From a virus (lineage: Duplodnaviria; Caudoviricetes): 64,000 bases of DNA. Made by a program: the position numbers and the translations under genes. The notes below the pieces were generated by a model that saw only the letters and a program-made list of their open reading frames with translations, was not told the origin of the DNA and made no database searches. The stretch is taken from the IMG/VR virus record IMGVR_UViG_3300031853_000003, positions 32,001 through 96,000 of that record, one strand, 5' to 3'. This document shows positions 9,236 through 19,859 of this stretch, piece by piece (the first letter of the stretch is position 1; each line of letters opens with the position of its first letter).

Positions 9236-9787
9236 ATGAAATCAACTGGTCTTGTTAGACGTATTGACGATCTTGGACGTGTCGTTATCCCGAAGGAGAT
9301 TCGTCGTCCGCTTCATATCCACGAAGGAGATCCATTTGAGATATACCTGGATGGTGACGGCGGAATCGTGTTCAAGAAGTATTCAGGTCTGACCTACATC
9401 GAGGATCTGATTCAGGCCTGTGCAGTATCATTGAGTCGGTCAAAGGGCTACGAGGTCCTCATCTGTGACACAGATCATATCAAAGCTGTGGAAGGCGTAA
9501 GCAAACGTCAGTTCCTAGGATGCAGAATTTCGTCGGATGTCGAAGTCGTCCTCCGTAGCTATAAGCCGTATGTAAGATGCTCGACGTCTCCTCTGGTTAA
9601 AGCTGTTGACGGAGAGCAGAGATCTGCTGATATTGTCCATCCTATCATTTCTAAGGGAGAGGTCATCGGCGCCATTATCATTCTCTGCAAAGACGAGCCT
9701 AGTAGCGAGAATAAGCCGTCTCCTGAGATGGTGAGTGACGTCCAGCTTGCAGCTTCTATGCTCGGTTACATGAACAGCATGGACTGA
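9236..9787 (+). CDS. spoVT: SpoVT-like transcription regulator (AbrB DNA-binding domain + GAF domain)
   Basis: MKSTGLVRRIDDLGRVVIPKEIRR..EGDPFEI, then ICDTDHI..V.G and PIISKGEVIGAII; 183 aa. Confidence 0.85.
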   Translation: MKSTGLVRRIDDLGRVVIPKEIRRPLHIHEGDPFEIYLDGDGGIVFKKYSGLTYIEDLIQACAVSLSRSKGYEVLICDTDHIKAVEGVSKRQFLGCRISSDVEVVLRSYKPYVRCSTSPLVKAVDGEQRSADIVHPIISKGEVIGAIIILCKDEPSSENKPSPEMVSDVQLAASMLGYMNSMD

Positions 9788-9803
9788 TCTTAGGAGGTGC
9801 ACA

Positions 9804-10205
9804 ATGAAACTCAAAGATAGGCTTGTAACTATGTTGGGTGGTCGCACTTCTGATGAATACACTGCCATAGAGAAGAAATACGATGATATTGCTACAGAGT
9901 ATGAGGCCATGAAGGCTTGGAATGTCAGAAGAGATGCCAAACTTCAAGAACTGATAGATCAGCTTTCACGCATGCATGTAACACCTATCCGTTCTGAGAT
10001 GCTTGTAGACGTGATGATGGTATCATCTGTAGAGGACAGTGTTCTTCAGAAGCGCGCTGAACAACATTTCTCCGAGGACATCGGCAACTATCTTGTAGAT
10101 AATGATCTGGTCAAAATCACACGTCATAGAAATGAACGTGGCGACCTGGTCTTCCAGGCAAACATCTCAATCATCGATGCGCGATATGTCGAGGAGGAGA
10201 AATGA
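9804..10205 (+). CDS. hypothetical protein
   Basis: AGGAGG SD. Confidence 0.6.
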   Translation: MKLKDRLVTMLGGRTSDEYTAIEKKYDDIATEYEAMKAWNVRRDAKLQELIDQLSRMHVTPIRSEMLVDVMMVSSVEDSVLQKRAEQHFSEDIGNYLVDNDLVKITRHRNERGDLVFQANISIIDARYVEEEK

Positions 10206-10693
10206 GGCGGTCACTGGAAGCAAAAGATGTGTACTACAGGGTCAAGTTACCTGGCCACAGTGAGTATACATATGGTTACTTGATACCTCTTGGATTTGAT
10301 GCATTTGCACTGTGCGAAGAGATGTTAGGAAACCAAGTATCTCTATCAGATCTGCAGTCCGGTAAAGTAACCGTCACCCTCAACAATATACATCTTGTAA
10401 GAGGAGTAGACGTCCAGAAACGATATACTCCTATCAATAGCGAGTCTTTTGCAGTATATCAAGGTGATGTATTGTTCCTGAGCGGAATACCTAATGTGAC
10501 GAAAGACCGATACTTCATAGTTGCGTATGATGGAGTTCATTGGGAAGCAGTAGAAGTGACGAAATCAGGTCGCACAACTGGATTTCGCGCAGACGTAGAT
10601 TCGTTACTGAGTAATGGTGCAATCGTAATATCCTCTGTAGACCAAACATTCAAGCCTACTAAGCAGGATTGGAAGGTGGTGAAGAAGAAATGA
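10202..10693 (+). CDS. hypothetical protein (YopX-like layout)
   Basis: YGYL...VYQGDVL pattern. Confidence 0.45.
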   Translation: MRRSLEAKDVYYRVKLPGHSEYTYGYLIPLGFDAFALCEEMLGNQVSLSDLQSGKVTVTLNNIHLVRGVDVQKRYTPINSESFAVYQGDVLFLSGIPNVTKDRYFIVAYDGVHWEAVEVTKSGRTTGFRADVDSLLSNGAIVISSVDQTFKPTKQDWKVVKKK

Positions 10694-11058
10694 TCCGACT
10701 TGATTTCAAGAAACAGAACGACAATGGATCAATCTTCTATCGGTATCAGTTAGACGATAAGATCGTCTTCTGGTTCTCACTTTATAATAGTCGTAACATA
10801 TACAGTATCCGCGCATCAGATAATGAGCTGCTTCCGACAAGCCGTCTGTTTCCGACAAGCCATATAGAGCTGTTCCTATATACCGATAACTATGAACCCT
10901 ACTACTTTGACAAAGTTGTCATTTCAGGTTCTTGCTTGCGGGGCACCGTCGAGGAAGTAGAGAAGTACATTGAAGAAGTTAAACTTGCACAATCCATTGC
11001 GCGTGAGATAGAGGACTTCTTCAGAAACAGATTTTTACAAGAGGAGGTAGATACATGA
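10690..11058 (+). CDS. hypothetical protein
   Basis: Coupled ATG. Confidence 0.55.
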   Translation: MIRLDFKKQNDNGSIFYRYQLDDKIVFWFSLYNSRNIYSIRASDNELLPTSRLFPTSHIELFLYTDNYEPYYFDKVVISGSCLRGTVEEVEKYIEEVKLAQSIAREIEDFFRNRFLQEEVDT

Positions 11059-11393
11059 TGTTAGCTGGACTGCTGTTTGTATCTGTAGCCTTCGGGATAC
11101 TGACTGGGCTTGGCTCATCACTGCTGTTCAACTACACGTTGATACGAAACAAACATCTCTCACCTGGAGATTACATCTACTATGTGCGAGGTGATGAAGT
11201 AATCACTTCAGTAGTAGACATAACTCTGCTGAAAGATGACGGAGTACAATATCATGTAACTGTACCCGATACAGATTTCGACATTGATGGATTTGTTGTA
11301 AACGACTACGAGTTCGGAGACGGAGCATTCACTGACATTGATGATGCAGTTCTTCGAGTGCTTGAACTCAGTGAGTCATCTGTACCTGCATAA
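11055..11393 (+). CDS. membrane-anchored hypothetical protein
   Basis: N-terminal TM; PGDYIYYV motif. Confidence 0.55.
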   Translation: MMLAGLLFVSVAFGILTGLGSSLLFNYTLIRNKHLSPGDYIYYVRGDEVITSVVDITLLKDDGVQYHVTVPDTDFDIDGFVVNDYEFGDGAFTDIDDAVLRVLELSESSVPA

Positions 11394-11401
11394 CCGTCAG
11401 A

Positions 11402-11411
11402 ACCTTTTATA
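11402..11411 (+). promoter_or_regulatory. putative late promoter motif
   Basis: ACCTTTTATA at the start of the tail module. Confidence 0.6.
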
Positions 11412-11469
11412 CATATTGACGTACCAACGTCTTATCTAATTCTAAAACTGTTAGGAGAGATACAATAGT

Positions 11470-12291
11470 ATGCCTGCACTTACTGAAAAGATCGAACTTC
11501 TTGGCAAAGGCCTGTATGAAAAGATTCCCGATGAACTGACCCTTCGAGGTATTCCTACAGTGTCAGAGCTTGAGTATGTAAGTAGCGAAGACTTTGACTC
11601 AACTATGCTCGACAAGATCCTGCCGGAAGCTATCGAAGAGAAGATCAACCCTCGAGACCTTCTCGAGATCGACTACAACTGGGTCTGCAGATGTCTGCGA
11701 TTCCTCAACTACGGTCCGTATTACACCACCAATGCAATCTGGTGTGGTCATTGCGGTAAAACACACTACGGCGAATACACAGTCGACCTGAGAAGCATCA
11801 ACACACTTCCTCTGCCGAAGGCCTTTGTCAACTCAATGACTATCAAGAGAGATGAGTTCCTCGACTTCAACGGAGATGTTACTTTCAAGCTGCCGACGAT
11901 TCAGCAGAAGCTCAACTGGGAGAAGGACAATGCATTCAAGCGTGCTGACGGATCCATCAACAGAGAGCTTGCAAGAATCTGCTATGTCATCAAGTCACTT
12001 GGCAGTTATACAAACATGACCCCGTTCGAGTACAAGGCTGTTATCGAGAAGGAGTTCTCTCCCGCGGACTACGTTGTCCTGAAGAATAAGGTCATCGAGA
12101 TGTCCAACTACGGCCTGAGAGCTGCGGGTACTGCACAGTGTCCGGTATGCGGTGAAAAAGATGCCAGCTTCCTCGCGCTAACCACGGAGAGATTTTTTCG
12201 TCCGACCCTGGGAGATCTCCACGCATGGAAACGAGATAGAAGTAAGAGGGCAAATGAAAACACTGCTGGAGATAAGACAGCAGCTGTATGA
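11470..12291 (+). CDS. tail/baseplate-hub assembly chaperone (T4 gp26-like)
   Basis: Upstream of the tape measure; CGHCG and CPVCG zinc motifs; FKLPT; near-terminal FF. Confidence 0.6.
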   Translation: MPALTEKIELLGKGLYEKIPDELTLRGIPTVSELEYVSSEDFDSTMLDKILPEAIEEKINPRDLLEIDYNWVCRCLRFLNYGPYYTTNAIWCGHCGKTHYGEYTVDLRSINTLPLPKAFVNSMTIKRDEFLDFNGDVTFKLPTIQQKLNWEKDNAFKRADGSINRELARICYVIKSLGSYTNMTPFEYKAVIEKEFSPADYVVLKNKVIEMSNYGLRAAGTAQCPVCGEKDASFLALTTERFFRPTLGDLHAWKRDRSKRANENTAGDKTAAV

Positions 12292-12454
12292 GAACATTGT
12301 TGACGAGACGTTATTCATATCGAGAGCATCTGAAGGCGCTGTATCAGCCGAATGGTTGATGGATCAGCCAATCTTCGTCCGAAAGAAATACGTCAAGTCA
12401 TTTACAGAAGAGCTCAAAGCTCGTGAGCAAGCTCTTAACAAGAAAAAGCACTAA
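12254..12454 (+). CDS. small tail assembly protein (gp51-like, or frameshift extension of the chaperone)
   Basis: Between chaperone and tape measure; S.EWLMDQPI..RKKY pattern. Confidence 0.55.
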   Translation: MKTLLEIRQQLYENIVDETLFISRASEGAVSAEWLMDQPIFVRKKYVKSFTEELKAREQALNKKKH

Positions 12455-12460
12455 TCATTC

Positions 12461-12490
12461 AGGGTGAATCATATCACGGTTCACCCTTTT
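12461..12490 (+). terminator. intrinsic terminator-like hairpin
   Basis: AGGGTGAA...TTCACCCT followed by TTT. Confidence 0.6.
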
Positions 12491-12515
12491 ATTATATTAG
12501 AAGGAGGCGGTAGTA

Positions 12516-15500
12516 ATGGCACTTGTAGATGATTTTCCAAGGGGACAATCAAGTAATGGCAATAACACCGCTAACCCTAATTCAAAAGAATTCTTAGATT
12601 ATCTAAAATCAATAGATGATTCTCTAAAGCAGATACTCAAAGACGGGCAGAATATATCAGCAGCTAACGCACGTAATGCGATGCCGCGTAGAGAAGATTT
12701 CAGAGGTCGCCGATCAACAAATGGTTGGGGGCCTAATAGCTATGATATGCGGAACGCTCCTGGAAGGCGTAGACGTAATGTTCGTTCTTCAGTAGACTCT
12801 GCCACTGACGAATTCTTAGATGGTCTGAAAGATTCATTGCTTGATTCTGTAGTAGGATCAGAATTCAAGCGTGAGATCCGAGGTATGGTCGGAGACTTCG
12901 CAGATATGCTAGGAGTATCTATTCAAGATATTCCAAAGAAGCTGGGACAGGAACTCGGTAAACATCTACTTGAGAAGTTCAAAGACACTAAGACAGGTTC
13001 GTCTGTATTCCAGAAAGTCGAAGACGCTAAGAAGAATTCAACTGAATGGATCCGGAATAAATTCAATGAAGGCGTTGACAGATACAACAGAGAGCACTCA
13101 AAGCAACCTGATATTCCTGGAATTGGTCAACGTCATAACAATATTCATCCTGATCCAGGTCAGTCAGTTGCTGAAGCAGTAAATAACGCAGCTGGTCAAG
13201 CAGCTTCCAATGTAGGCCAAGTATCGGATTTCAACCAAGAATTGTTCAGCCGGCTCTTAGAGCTGTCTGTAGAAACAATGAATGTACATGCAGATGTAGT
13301 CAATCTGTATGGAGCGAAGGAAAATCTCCGAGAAGAGCGCGAACAGGAAGAGCGTCAAGAGCGTAGAGAAGATCGCACAGAGGATGAACGTAGAAAGCTA
13401 CCTGAGAAATCTCAGACCTCTCAGCAAGATATTCCGGATCAGGTATCTGATTTAACTGATACCATCACAGATCTATCAAACTCTAGCGAAACAAGTTTTG
13501 GAGATGTCGCTCCTGATGTAGCAGAGAGTGCGCTTAGTGGCGGAGAGGGCAGCGCAATAGAAGCTGCAGCAGAATCCGGTATGGCTGAAACTGCTGCGGC
13601 TGAAGGTGCTGGTATGGCTGCTGAAACAGGTGCAATGGCTGGAGCCGCCGAAGGCGCTGGAGCTGCACTTGCTGGATTAGGTGAAGTAGCTGCTGCAGCC
13701 TGTCCTTACATATTGATAGCTGTAGCTGCAATCATTGTAGTAACTAAGCTCATAGAGGCGTGCGGACCTGCAATCGAAGGCACCAAGAAGATGCTGAACG
13801 AGATGCAGCGTGCTGGTAATCGCTACAACGAGAGTCGTAAGAAAGCAGTTGAAGAAGAGAAGAAGCGTCTAGAAGCTGATGTGAAGACGCTGATAGAGAC
13901 TCCGTTTGAAATACTTCGAAAAGCTGCTGAGGAGATGTATTCTGTATGGGATCAAAACCTCAGAAAGATAAATGCTACTCAGGGCTACGACAAAGCTGAG
14001 CTACAAGAGCTGATTGGTTCATACGCAGAAAGACTTCGTAATGAGGGTCTGAGTGATGTAGTAAGTTCTTCGGATATTGCTAGTGAACTTGCGTCTGTAC
14101 TTGACGCAGGACTCAGCGGTAAGGTGGCCGAGGAATTTGCATATCAGGCAACAAAGCTCAATGCAGAGATTCCGACAGAAGACTTCTTGCAGTATGCAAG
14201 TAGTTATGCAGCACTTGCAGCTAACCAAATACGATTAGGCAAATCGCAGGAAGATGCAATAGCGTATGCCAATGCCCAACTAGAAGCTTTCGCTAGTAAC
14301 GTACTCTATGCGAGCCGTCAAATCTCGGGTGGTTTTACATCCGGATTAAAGAATGCTCAATCGTTATTTGAACAATCAGTAGAGATAGCCCAAGCAAGCC
14401 GAATAGGAGATCCTTCACAGATTTCTGGTGTATTAACATCTGTTGCAGCAATCACCGGTGCAATTGCACCAGATCTTGCAACATCGATGACTGATGCAAT
14501 CTACAAGGCAGCTACGGGTGGTAACTCATCTGAAATTGTAGCACTTCGTTCTCTTGCAGGTATCAATGCATCAAATACAGAGTTCCTAAGAGTACTTGCG
14601 ACTAATCCTCAAAAGGTATTCGCAGCATTATTCACAAAGCTCGCTGAATATCAGAATATGTCACAAAGCAACTATATGGAAGTTGCAGAAGGGCTGTCAA
14701 GTATATTCGGCTTGTCGATGGATGCTTTTGCAAGAATAGATTTCAACTACCTTGCACAAGCTGTTGCATCAATGCGTGTATCAGATGACGCATTGAATGA
14801 GAACCTGGCGCAGTTATCATCTGGTCAGACTACACTCACTGCTGAGCAGCTAAAGACACGCGAAATCAACAAGTACATGATTGAAAATGGACTTTCATAT
14901 GTACTTGATAATGAAGCAGCTAGAGCGATACAGCAGCATATGTGGGACGAGCAGCTTGCATTGCAGATGCAGGAAGCAACATATGCAGTTGATCTACAAG
15001 GTGCAGCTCTTGACTTCCTGGAAGGTATAAGAGAAACCATCTACAACATAATGAAGATACTCAACCCGCTGATGTGGTTCTCCGAGCTCGCTGATTTGAT
15101 TGGTACAGCTCAAGAAGGCTATGCACAGCAGGCTGATATTGTAAAAGTCCTAGAGATGGGCAAGGTAGGAGAAGGAAACACAAAATCTCTCTATCAGCTT
15201 ACAACTCGTGGTCAGTTACTTGATGTAGTAGACGATCTAGTGACAATGATGGGCGGAGTATCCTCTTATGGTGCTGCTCGTACAGGACGAATCGCTGGCA
15301 GAGATATTACACGCCTATTTACAAGTCCGCTGTTCGGGAGTATGTCATTGCTCAGTGATGCTGTATCGCTTGTAACAAATGCTTCGTTGAATGCAGCGAG
15401 TCAACGCAGCTACTCCAACAGAGAATTTGATTCTAATTATGCTTGGGGAACAATTGGTAAGAGTGTTGCTGCACAGATTTCAGCTTCTATGCCTAAGTCA

Positions 15501-16346
15501 AATCTGATCAGTGCAGTTTCATCAAGCAATCTGTCTGAAACAAATGTGTCTCAGAATGTTGCATCTAATAAGCTGAATCAGATGCTCGAAGATTCTTACA
15601 TGGTTGATGAATTCATCAATAAGGGTAAGAGTTATGATTCTTGGAAGAAGTCCGCTGTAAACTTCGGCATAGCTGATTTTGATGCTGCACTAGAAGCTGC
15701 AGGTTACACCGAACAGCAGTTGAAGAATAGATTTGAATCAAAGCAGACTGAGGAAGGTGCAAAAGAAGTAGCTGCTAGAGACGCAGACGAACAGGACTTC
15801 AGAGATAAGGGTCGTCAGTTCTGGATTGATGAAAGAGAATTCACAAGACAGATCGTCGAAGAGCTATTCCCTGCTGCGAACAGCAAGTTAGATTCTATCA
15901 TAACATTGTTTGAGGATTGGCACACGAAGTGGGATGAATTCAGAGATTACTTCAACTGGCACAACTTCTATGATGATTGGAATTCTGTATACTTGAATGG
16001 TAACAAGGGTTGGCTTGAATTCTTCACTAAGTTCAAATCATATTTCATTGACCATGAAGCTTACAACAATTCTTACAGCATTCAAGCTGTTCAAGAAGTT
16101 CAGCGTAAGGAGAGGTCAGGAAAAGACGAAGCTGTTCAGAAGCTCGCAGAGACGCTGTCGAAGAATATCACAGACCTCAGTGATCCGACAATGCAGACGA
16201 ACGCATTGTTGTCGCAGATCCTTATTCAAGTACTTGCTATTGTTGAGCAGAATAACAAGACCGCAGGTACAATCACGTTTGCAGACGCTATGTCAGCATT
16301 ATCGTTGGGTGGTACTACAGCTGCTACAACTACTGAAACAACCTAA
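12516..16346 (+). CDS. tape measure protein
   Basis: 1276 aa, Ala/Gly-rich, helical, with a hydrophobic segment; follows the chaperone pair. Confidence 0.75.
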   Translation: MALVDDFPRGQSSNGNNTANPNSKEFLDYLKSIDDSLKQILKDGQNISAANARNAMPRREDFRGRRSTNGWGPNSYDMRNAPGRRRRNVRSSVDSATDEFLDGLKDSLLDSVVGSEFKREIRGMVGDFADMLGVSIQDIPKKLGQELGKHLLEKFKDTKTGSSVFQKVEDAKKNSTEWIRNKFNEGVDRYNREHSKQPDIPGIGQRHNNIHPDPGQSVAEAVNNAAGQAASNVGQVSDFNQELFSRLLELSVETMNVHADVVNLYGAKENLREEREQEERQERREDRTEDERRKLPEKSQTSQQDIPDQVSDLTDTITDLSNSSETSFGDVAPDVAESALSGGEGSAIEAAAESGMAETAAAEGAGMAAETGAMAGAAEGAGAALAGLGEVAAAACPYILIAVAAIIVVTKLIEACGPAIEGTKKMLNEMQRAGNRYNESRKKAVEEEKKRLEADVKTLIETPFEILRKAAEEMYSVWDQNLRKINATQGYDKAELQELIGSYAERLRNEGLSDVVSSSDIASELASVLDAGLSGKVAEEFAYQATKLNAEIPTEDFLQYASSYAALAANQIRLGKSQEDAIAYANAQLEAFASNVLYASRQISGGFTSGLKNAQSLFEQSVEIAQASRIGDPSQISGVLTSVAAITGAIAPDLATSMTDAIYKAATGGNSSEIVALRSLAGINASNTEFLRVLATNPQKVFAALFTKLAEYQNMSQSNYMEVAEGLSSIFGLSMDAFARIDFNYLAQAVASMRVSDDALNENLAQLSSGQTTLTAEQLKTREINKYMIENGLSYVLDNEAARAIQQHMWDEQLALQMQEATYAVDLQGAALDFLEGIRETIYNIMKILNPLMWFSELADLIGTAQEGYAQQADIVKVLEMGKVGEGNTKSLYQLTTRGQLLDVVDDLVTMMGGVSSYGAARTGRIAGRDITRLFTSPLFGSMSLLSDAVSLVTNASLNAASQRSYSNREFDSNYAWGTIGKSVAAQISASMPKSNLISAVSSSNLSETNVSQNVASNKLNQMLEDSYMVDEFINKGKSYDSWKKSAVNFGIADFDAALEAAGYTEQQLKNRFESKQTEEGAKEVAARDADEQDFRDKGRQFWIDEREFTRQIVEELFPAANSKLDSIITLFEDWHTKWDEFRDYFNWHNFYDDWNSVYLNGNKGWLEFFTKFKSYFIDHEAYNNSYSIQAVQEVQRKERSGKDEAVQKLAETLSKNITDLSDPTMQTNALLSQILIQVLAIVEQNNKTAGTITFADAMSALSLGGTTAATTTETT

Positions 16347-16394
16347 GACCACCTTATATATAGTATATAAGTGAATTCGGAGGGCTTCATACAT

Positions 16395-19300
16395 ATGAAC
16401 ATATCTAAATTCCCTGTAATGAGTACTAACCTGTTTCCAGCTACTAACAGTACTGCTGGTGGTCAGCTCATTACAGAATTCAACTTAAAATCACGAGAAA
16501 CGGTCGGCACGGATCCAACTGTCGAATACAAAGTAGGTCCTTCATATACACACGCAATGAAGGATTTCAAGATAGGTCCTCAGACAGATGAATTCGGCAA
16601 TGTTGTTGCAAGCTCAGTACTTCAGATTGATGCAGGTAGAGCACTGGTTGACGGTTACTTCTTAGAGAGCCTCGCTCCTATAGTAATTGACCTCAATGAG
16701 CTGAATACACAGATTCTTGAAGCTAATCCATCTGCACAGAAGCTCGAAGGCAAGTTAGCTGTAGGGCTTCGTGCAATGTATTCAACAGAGGCTGCAATGG
16801 TTGGTACCATCAAAGTTGAGAATGACTCAACTGCACTATATGATGGTATCCAAGTAGTTATTCTGCCTGAGAGTCAGATGAAGCTGCCTCAGGATGTTCC
16901 TGCAGAGGGTTCAGAGTCACAGGTTACTGCACATCTCAAGCTAGGCTCATTCAGATACAGCCAGCATAACATATATGATGTACAGCAGAATTCTGAGAAG
17001 GTTAAGATCTTCACTGCCGACAGAATAAAGGACATTGATCAGCTGCTGGATAGTAGCTATGTCACCAAGACTGGTGTAGATCCTGATAAGCTGTATGTGC
17101 TTTCAGGTCGTGCAAACGAAGAAAATGCTGGTACCCCTTGGTGTGCTGCTAGTGACTCACTGATGATATGGGATGCAGACCCGACAAAGTTTGGAGCAGA
17201 CCTCAGTAGGTTCCGAACAGTTGCTGCTAATCCTGCTAGAGGAGCAACAGGTTTCATCTCTGATCTCGACGGTGGTAAGATCAAGCTTCGTGTAAAGCAC
17301 AAACAGGTAGACGGATCATCTCCATCAGATCAGTATGCTCCTGTAATATTTGAATTACCTGTTGCTGATTACGATGAAGGCACGCCTGGTACAATCAGCA
17401 AAGCTTACACAGATAAGATCAAAGAGATTTCAAAATCGTTCAACAAGCTGTATCAGATTCCTAACGGAACATATCTTGGATACATCGAATCACTTGATTC
17501 TGTCGAAAGTTTGCCGAAGCCGAAGGACAATCCTAACTGGGAGATCGGCAACTACTTCATCGTAGGTCAGGATAATACAGTCGGATATTCTGAACCTCCT
17601 GTAACAATGTACTTGGTACAGGGCGGAACAGTTCAAAGTATCGAAGCTGTTGAAGATGCAAAAGATGCTATGCTACAAAATGAAATTGTTGTAGCTAAGA
17701 AAGCTATTGCTGATTCTAAGAAGACTATCGCTGATTCTGCAAAGGAAGCAGTTGTAGCAGCTGCGGAAGTTGTTCAGTCTTCACTTGCTTCTAGAGATAA
17801 GTTAAGAGTACTTAGCGATTACGCAAAAGAATCTCAGGACTACGAATACGTAGAGAAGCTTAAAACTCTGCTTACTGCTGCATACAACAAAGCTGTAGAG
17901 ACTCAGGGCTATCTTGAGAACGCTGTTAAGAAGCTAAGGTCATCAGGCTCTTCCGAAGACGTAGATGATTATCTGACAACAGCTCATTCAAAGCTGGATG
18001 CTCTTCAGAGCAACGACACAGTAGAAACTAAGCTGAAGGAAATAAATATATCCGGTTCCACTAAGGCATGGCAATACCTCACAGATGCTGATGAAGCAAT
18101 CCACGGATCATCTAAGGGTGCAAATAAGAGCCTAGATGCAGCGATGGAACTGCTCAGTAGCTCCGGCAGTGAAGATGTTGCTTCAGCTCTTGCAAATCTC
18201 ATTTCTCAGTTACAGAACGGCGGAGATATGGACAGTGTAATTGCTCTTATCCGCAGATACTTAGTTGACTGGGACGGAGAGATGACAACCGTCTACGATT
18301 CAGCTGTTGCAGCATATGAATCTGCACTCTCTGAGTATGAAGCAAAATACATCGACTATCGAATTGCATTGATGATCTACTACAATGCACTTGTTTCACT
18401 CAACGGAAAACTTGCATACTTGATCTTCTCTGATCCGCCAGAGGGCATTGAGCTTGGCAGAAAAGAAGTTACCACAGACCCGACTACAATGTCTATCGAA
18501 GAGGTAGAAGAGCAGTGGCAGATTGCACAAGAAGGTATTATCTGTCCGTATTCAGGTAACGTAGGAAAAGATTACTTCACTCTTGTCTATCACAACCCAA
18601 CAAGTGATGAAGATACGTGTTTCTACTATGTAGTAACACAGGCAGGTGTCAAGAAGCTGTCTGATCCTATCATACTAACAAAGCAGATCAATCTCGCTGA
18701 GCAGAATATGGTAGGCGGCTTCTACAATGTACCTGATACAGCAACTGACAACGGTTATGTATATCTTGATGACACCGGTCATCTTCGACTTGTAGATTAT
18801 GCACTACTCCGTTCTGGTGTAGCAGCATATCAGTTGGGACAAGACATCTCAATTGAAGCAGGTCTATCTACTGAAGAATTACAGATCCAGGTAGACGATT
18901 ACATCAACGAAAGAATCGCCTTCCCGAATGCTTATCAGACTCAGAACAGTAAGTCACCTACAGTCATTCACGTTACGCTGAGCTTGACGAAGGAAGATAC
19001 TCCTAAGACACTCAATCTGTATAACATAGACAGCAGATTTGACACTTGTGTATATCTGCACATCACCGGTACTGCTGACTCTAAGACAACTATCAACATA
19101 ACCAACTGCCAGAAATTGAGAATTGATAATGCTATCGGCGGTGACGCAGAGAACGACAGCTATCCTATCATCAATCTCTATAACTGCAACCTCTTCTATG
19201 ATGTATCTATCCTGAAGAAGTTGACATCATGGGTAACCACACTGGATGAACATAACAATCTGGTGTCCGTCAAGCCTACAGTTTCTGGATTGAAGTTATG

Positions 19301-19859
19301 GTATGAAAGATATGGACTCACTGAGCCGAATCTTGTTGTCGACAACATGACTGTTCTCGATTGCGACGCACCTAAGACAGTAGAGGAACTCGATGCTTGG
19401 TCAGAGTCTCACCCTAACGACATCCATTACTTCTATTCACTGCGTAGCATCACATTTGATGATAAAGCAAACATCATCGGCTGTCAGATGCTTATCCGTA
19501 ATGACTCCACTACGCATAGTTCGGAAGGTAAGGTCATCATATCATCTGATTTCCGACTTCCACAGGGAAGTGGTCTCGAGTATCCAAATACATGTTTGAC
19601 CAAACCTCTGAAGATTACAGGCTCATTCATCAGCATGTATGTATCCGGAAGCACAAAACATCTCACAACGAGTGATTTCACAGCTGTTAGCCAGTACTAC
19701 GACAGGAATCTAGATGATAGCCAGATGGTCGGATCCATCGCTATCTTAGCAGACACCTCCTGGATCACTTCTATTCCGAGTAACATAACAATCAATGAAG
19801 AGGTTCCAGGTTGGGATAACAATACCTTCCACATTTTCTCAGGAGGGATAGTCACTTGA
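16395..19859 (+). CDS. large virion structural protein (baseplate/tail-associated)
   Basis: ACCTTATATA at 16351; LQIDAGRALVDGY motif; located in the tail cluster. Confidence 0.55.
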   Translation: MNISKFPVMSTNLFPATNSTAGGQLITEFNLKSRETVGTDPTVEYKVGPSYTHAMKDFKIGPQTDEFGNVVASSVLQIDAGRALVDGYFLESLAPIVIDLNELNTQILEANPSAQKLEGKLAVGLRAMYSTEAAMVGTIKVENDSTALYDGIQVVILPESQMKLPQDVPAEGSESQVTAHLKLGSFRYSQHNIYDVQQNSEKVKIFTADRIKDIDQLLDSSYVTKTGVDPDKLYVLSGRANEENAGTPWCAASDSLMIWDADPTKFGADLSRFRTVAANPARGATGFISDLDGGKIKLRVKHKQVDGSSPSDQYAPVIFELPVADYDEGTPGTISKAYTDKIKEISKSFNKLYQIPNGTYLGYIESLDSVESLPKPKDNPNWEIGNYFIVGQDNTVGYSEPPVTMYLVQGGTVQSIEAVEDAKDAMLQNEIVVAKKAIADSKKTIADSAKEAVVAAAEVVQSSLASRDKLRVLSDYAKESQDYEYVEKLKTLLTAAYNKAVETQGYLENAVKKLRSSGSSEDVDDYLTTAHSKLDALQSNDTVETKLKEINISGSTKAWQYLTDADEAIHGSSKGANKSLDAAMELLSSSGSEDVASALANLISQLQNGGDMDSVIALIRRYLVDWDGEMTTVYDSAVAAYESALSEYEAKYIDYRIALMIYYNALVSLNGKLAYLIFSDPPEGIELGRKEVTTDPTTMSIEEVEEQWQIAQEGIICPYSGNVGKDYFTLVYHNPTSDEDTCFYYVVTQAGVKKLSDPIILTKQINLAEQNMVGGFYNVPDTATDNGYVYLDDTGHLRLVDYALLRSGVAAYQLGQDISIEAGLSTEELQIQVDDYINERIAFPNAYQTQNSKSPTVIHVTLSLTKEDTPKTLNLYNIDSRFDTCVYLHITGTADSKTTINITNCQKLRIDNAIGGDAENDSYPIINLYNCNLFYDVSILKKLTSWVTTLDEHNNLVSVKPTVSGLKLWYERYGLTEPNLVVDNMTVLDCDAPKTVEELDAWSESHPNDIHYFYSLRSITFDDKANIIGCQMLIRNDSTTHSSEGKVIISSDFRLPQGSGLEYPNTCLTKPLKITGSFISMYVSGSTKHLTTSDFTAVSQYYDRNLDDSQMVGSIAILADTSWITSIPSNITINEEVPGWDNNTFHIFSGGIVT

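Noticed and set aside
10832-10861. Direct repeat TTCCGACAAGCC x2
   Set aside because: Short in-frame duplication within a CDS (LPTSR/FPTSH); no further copies.
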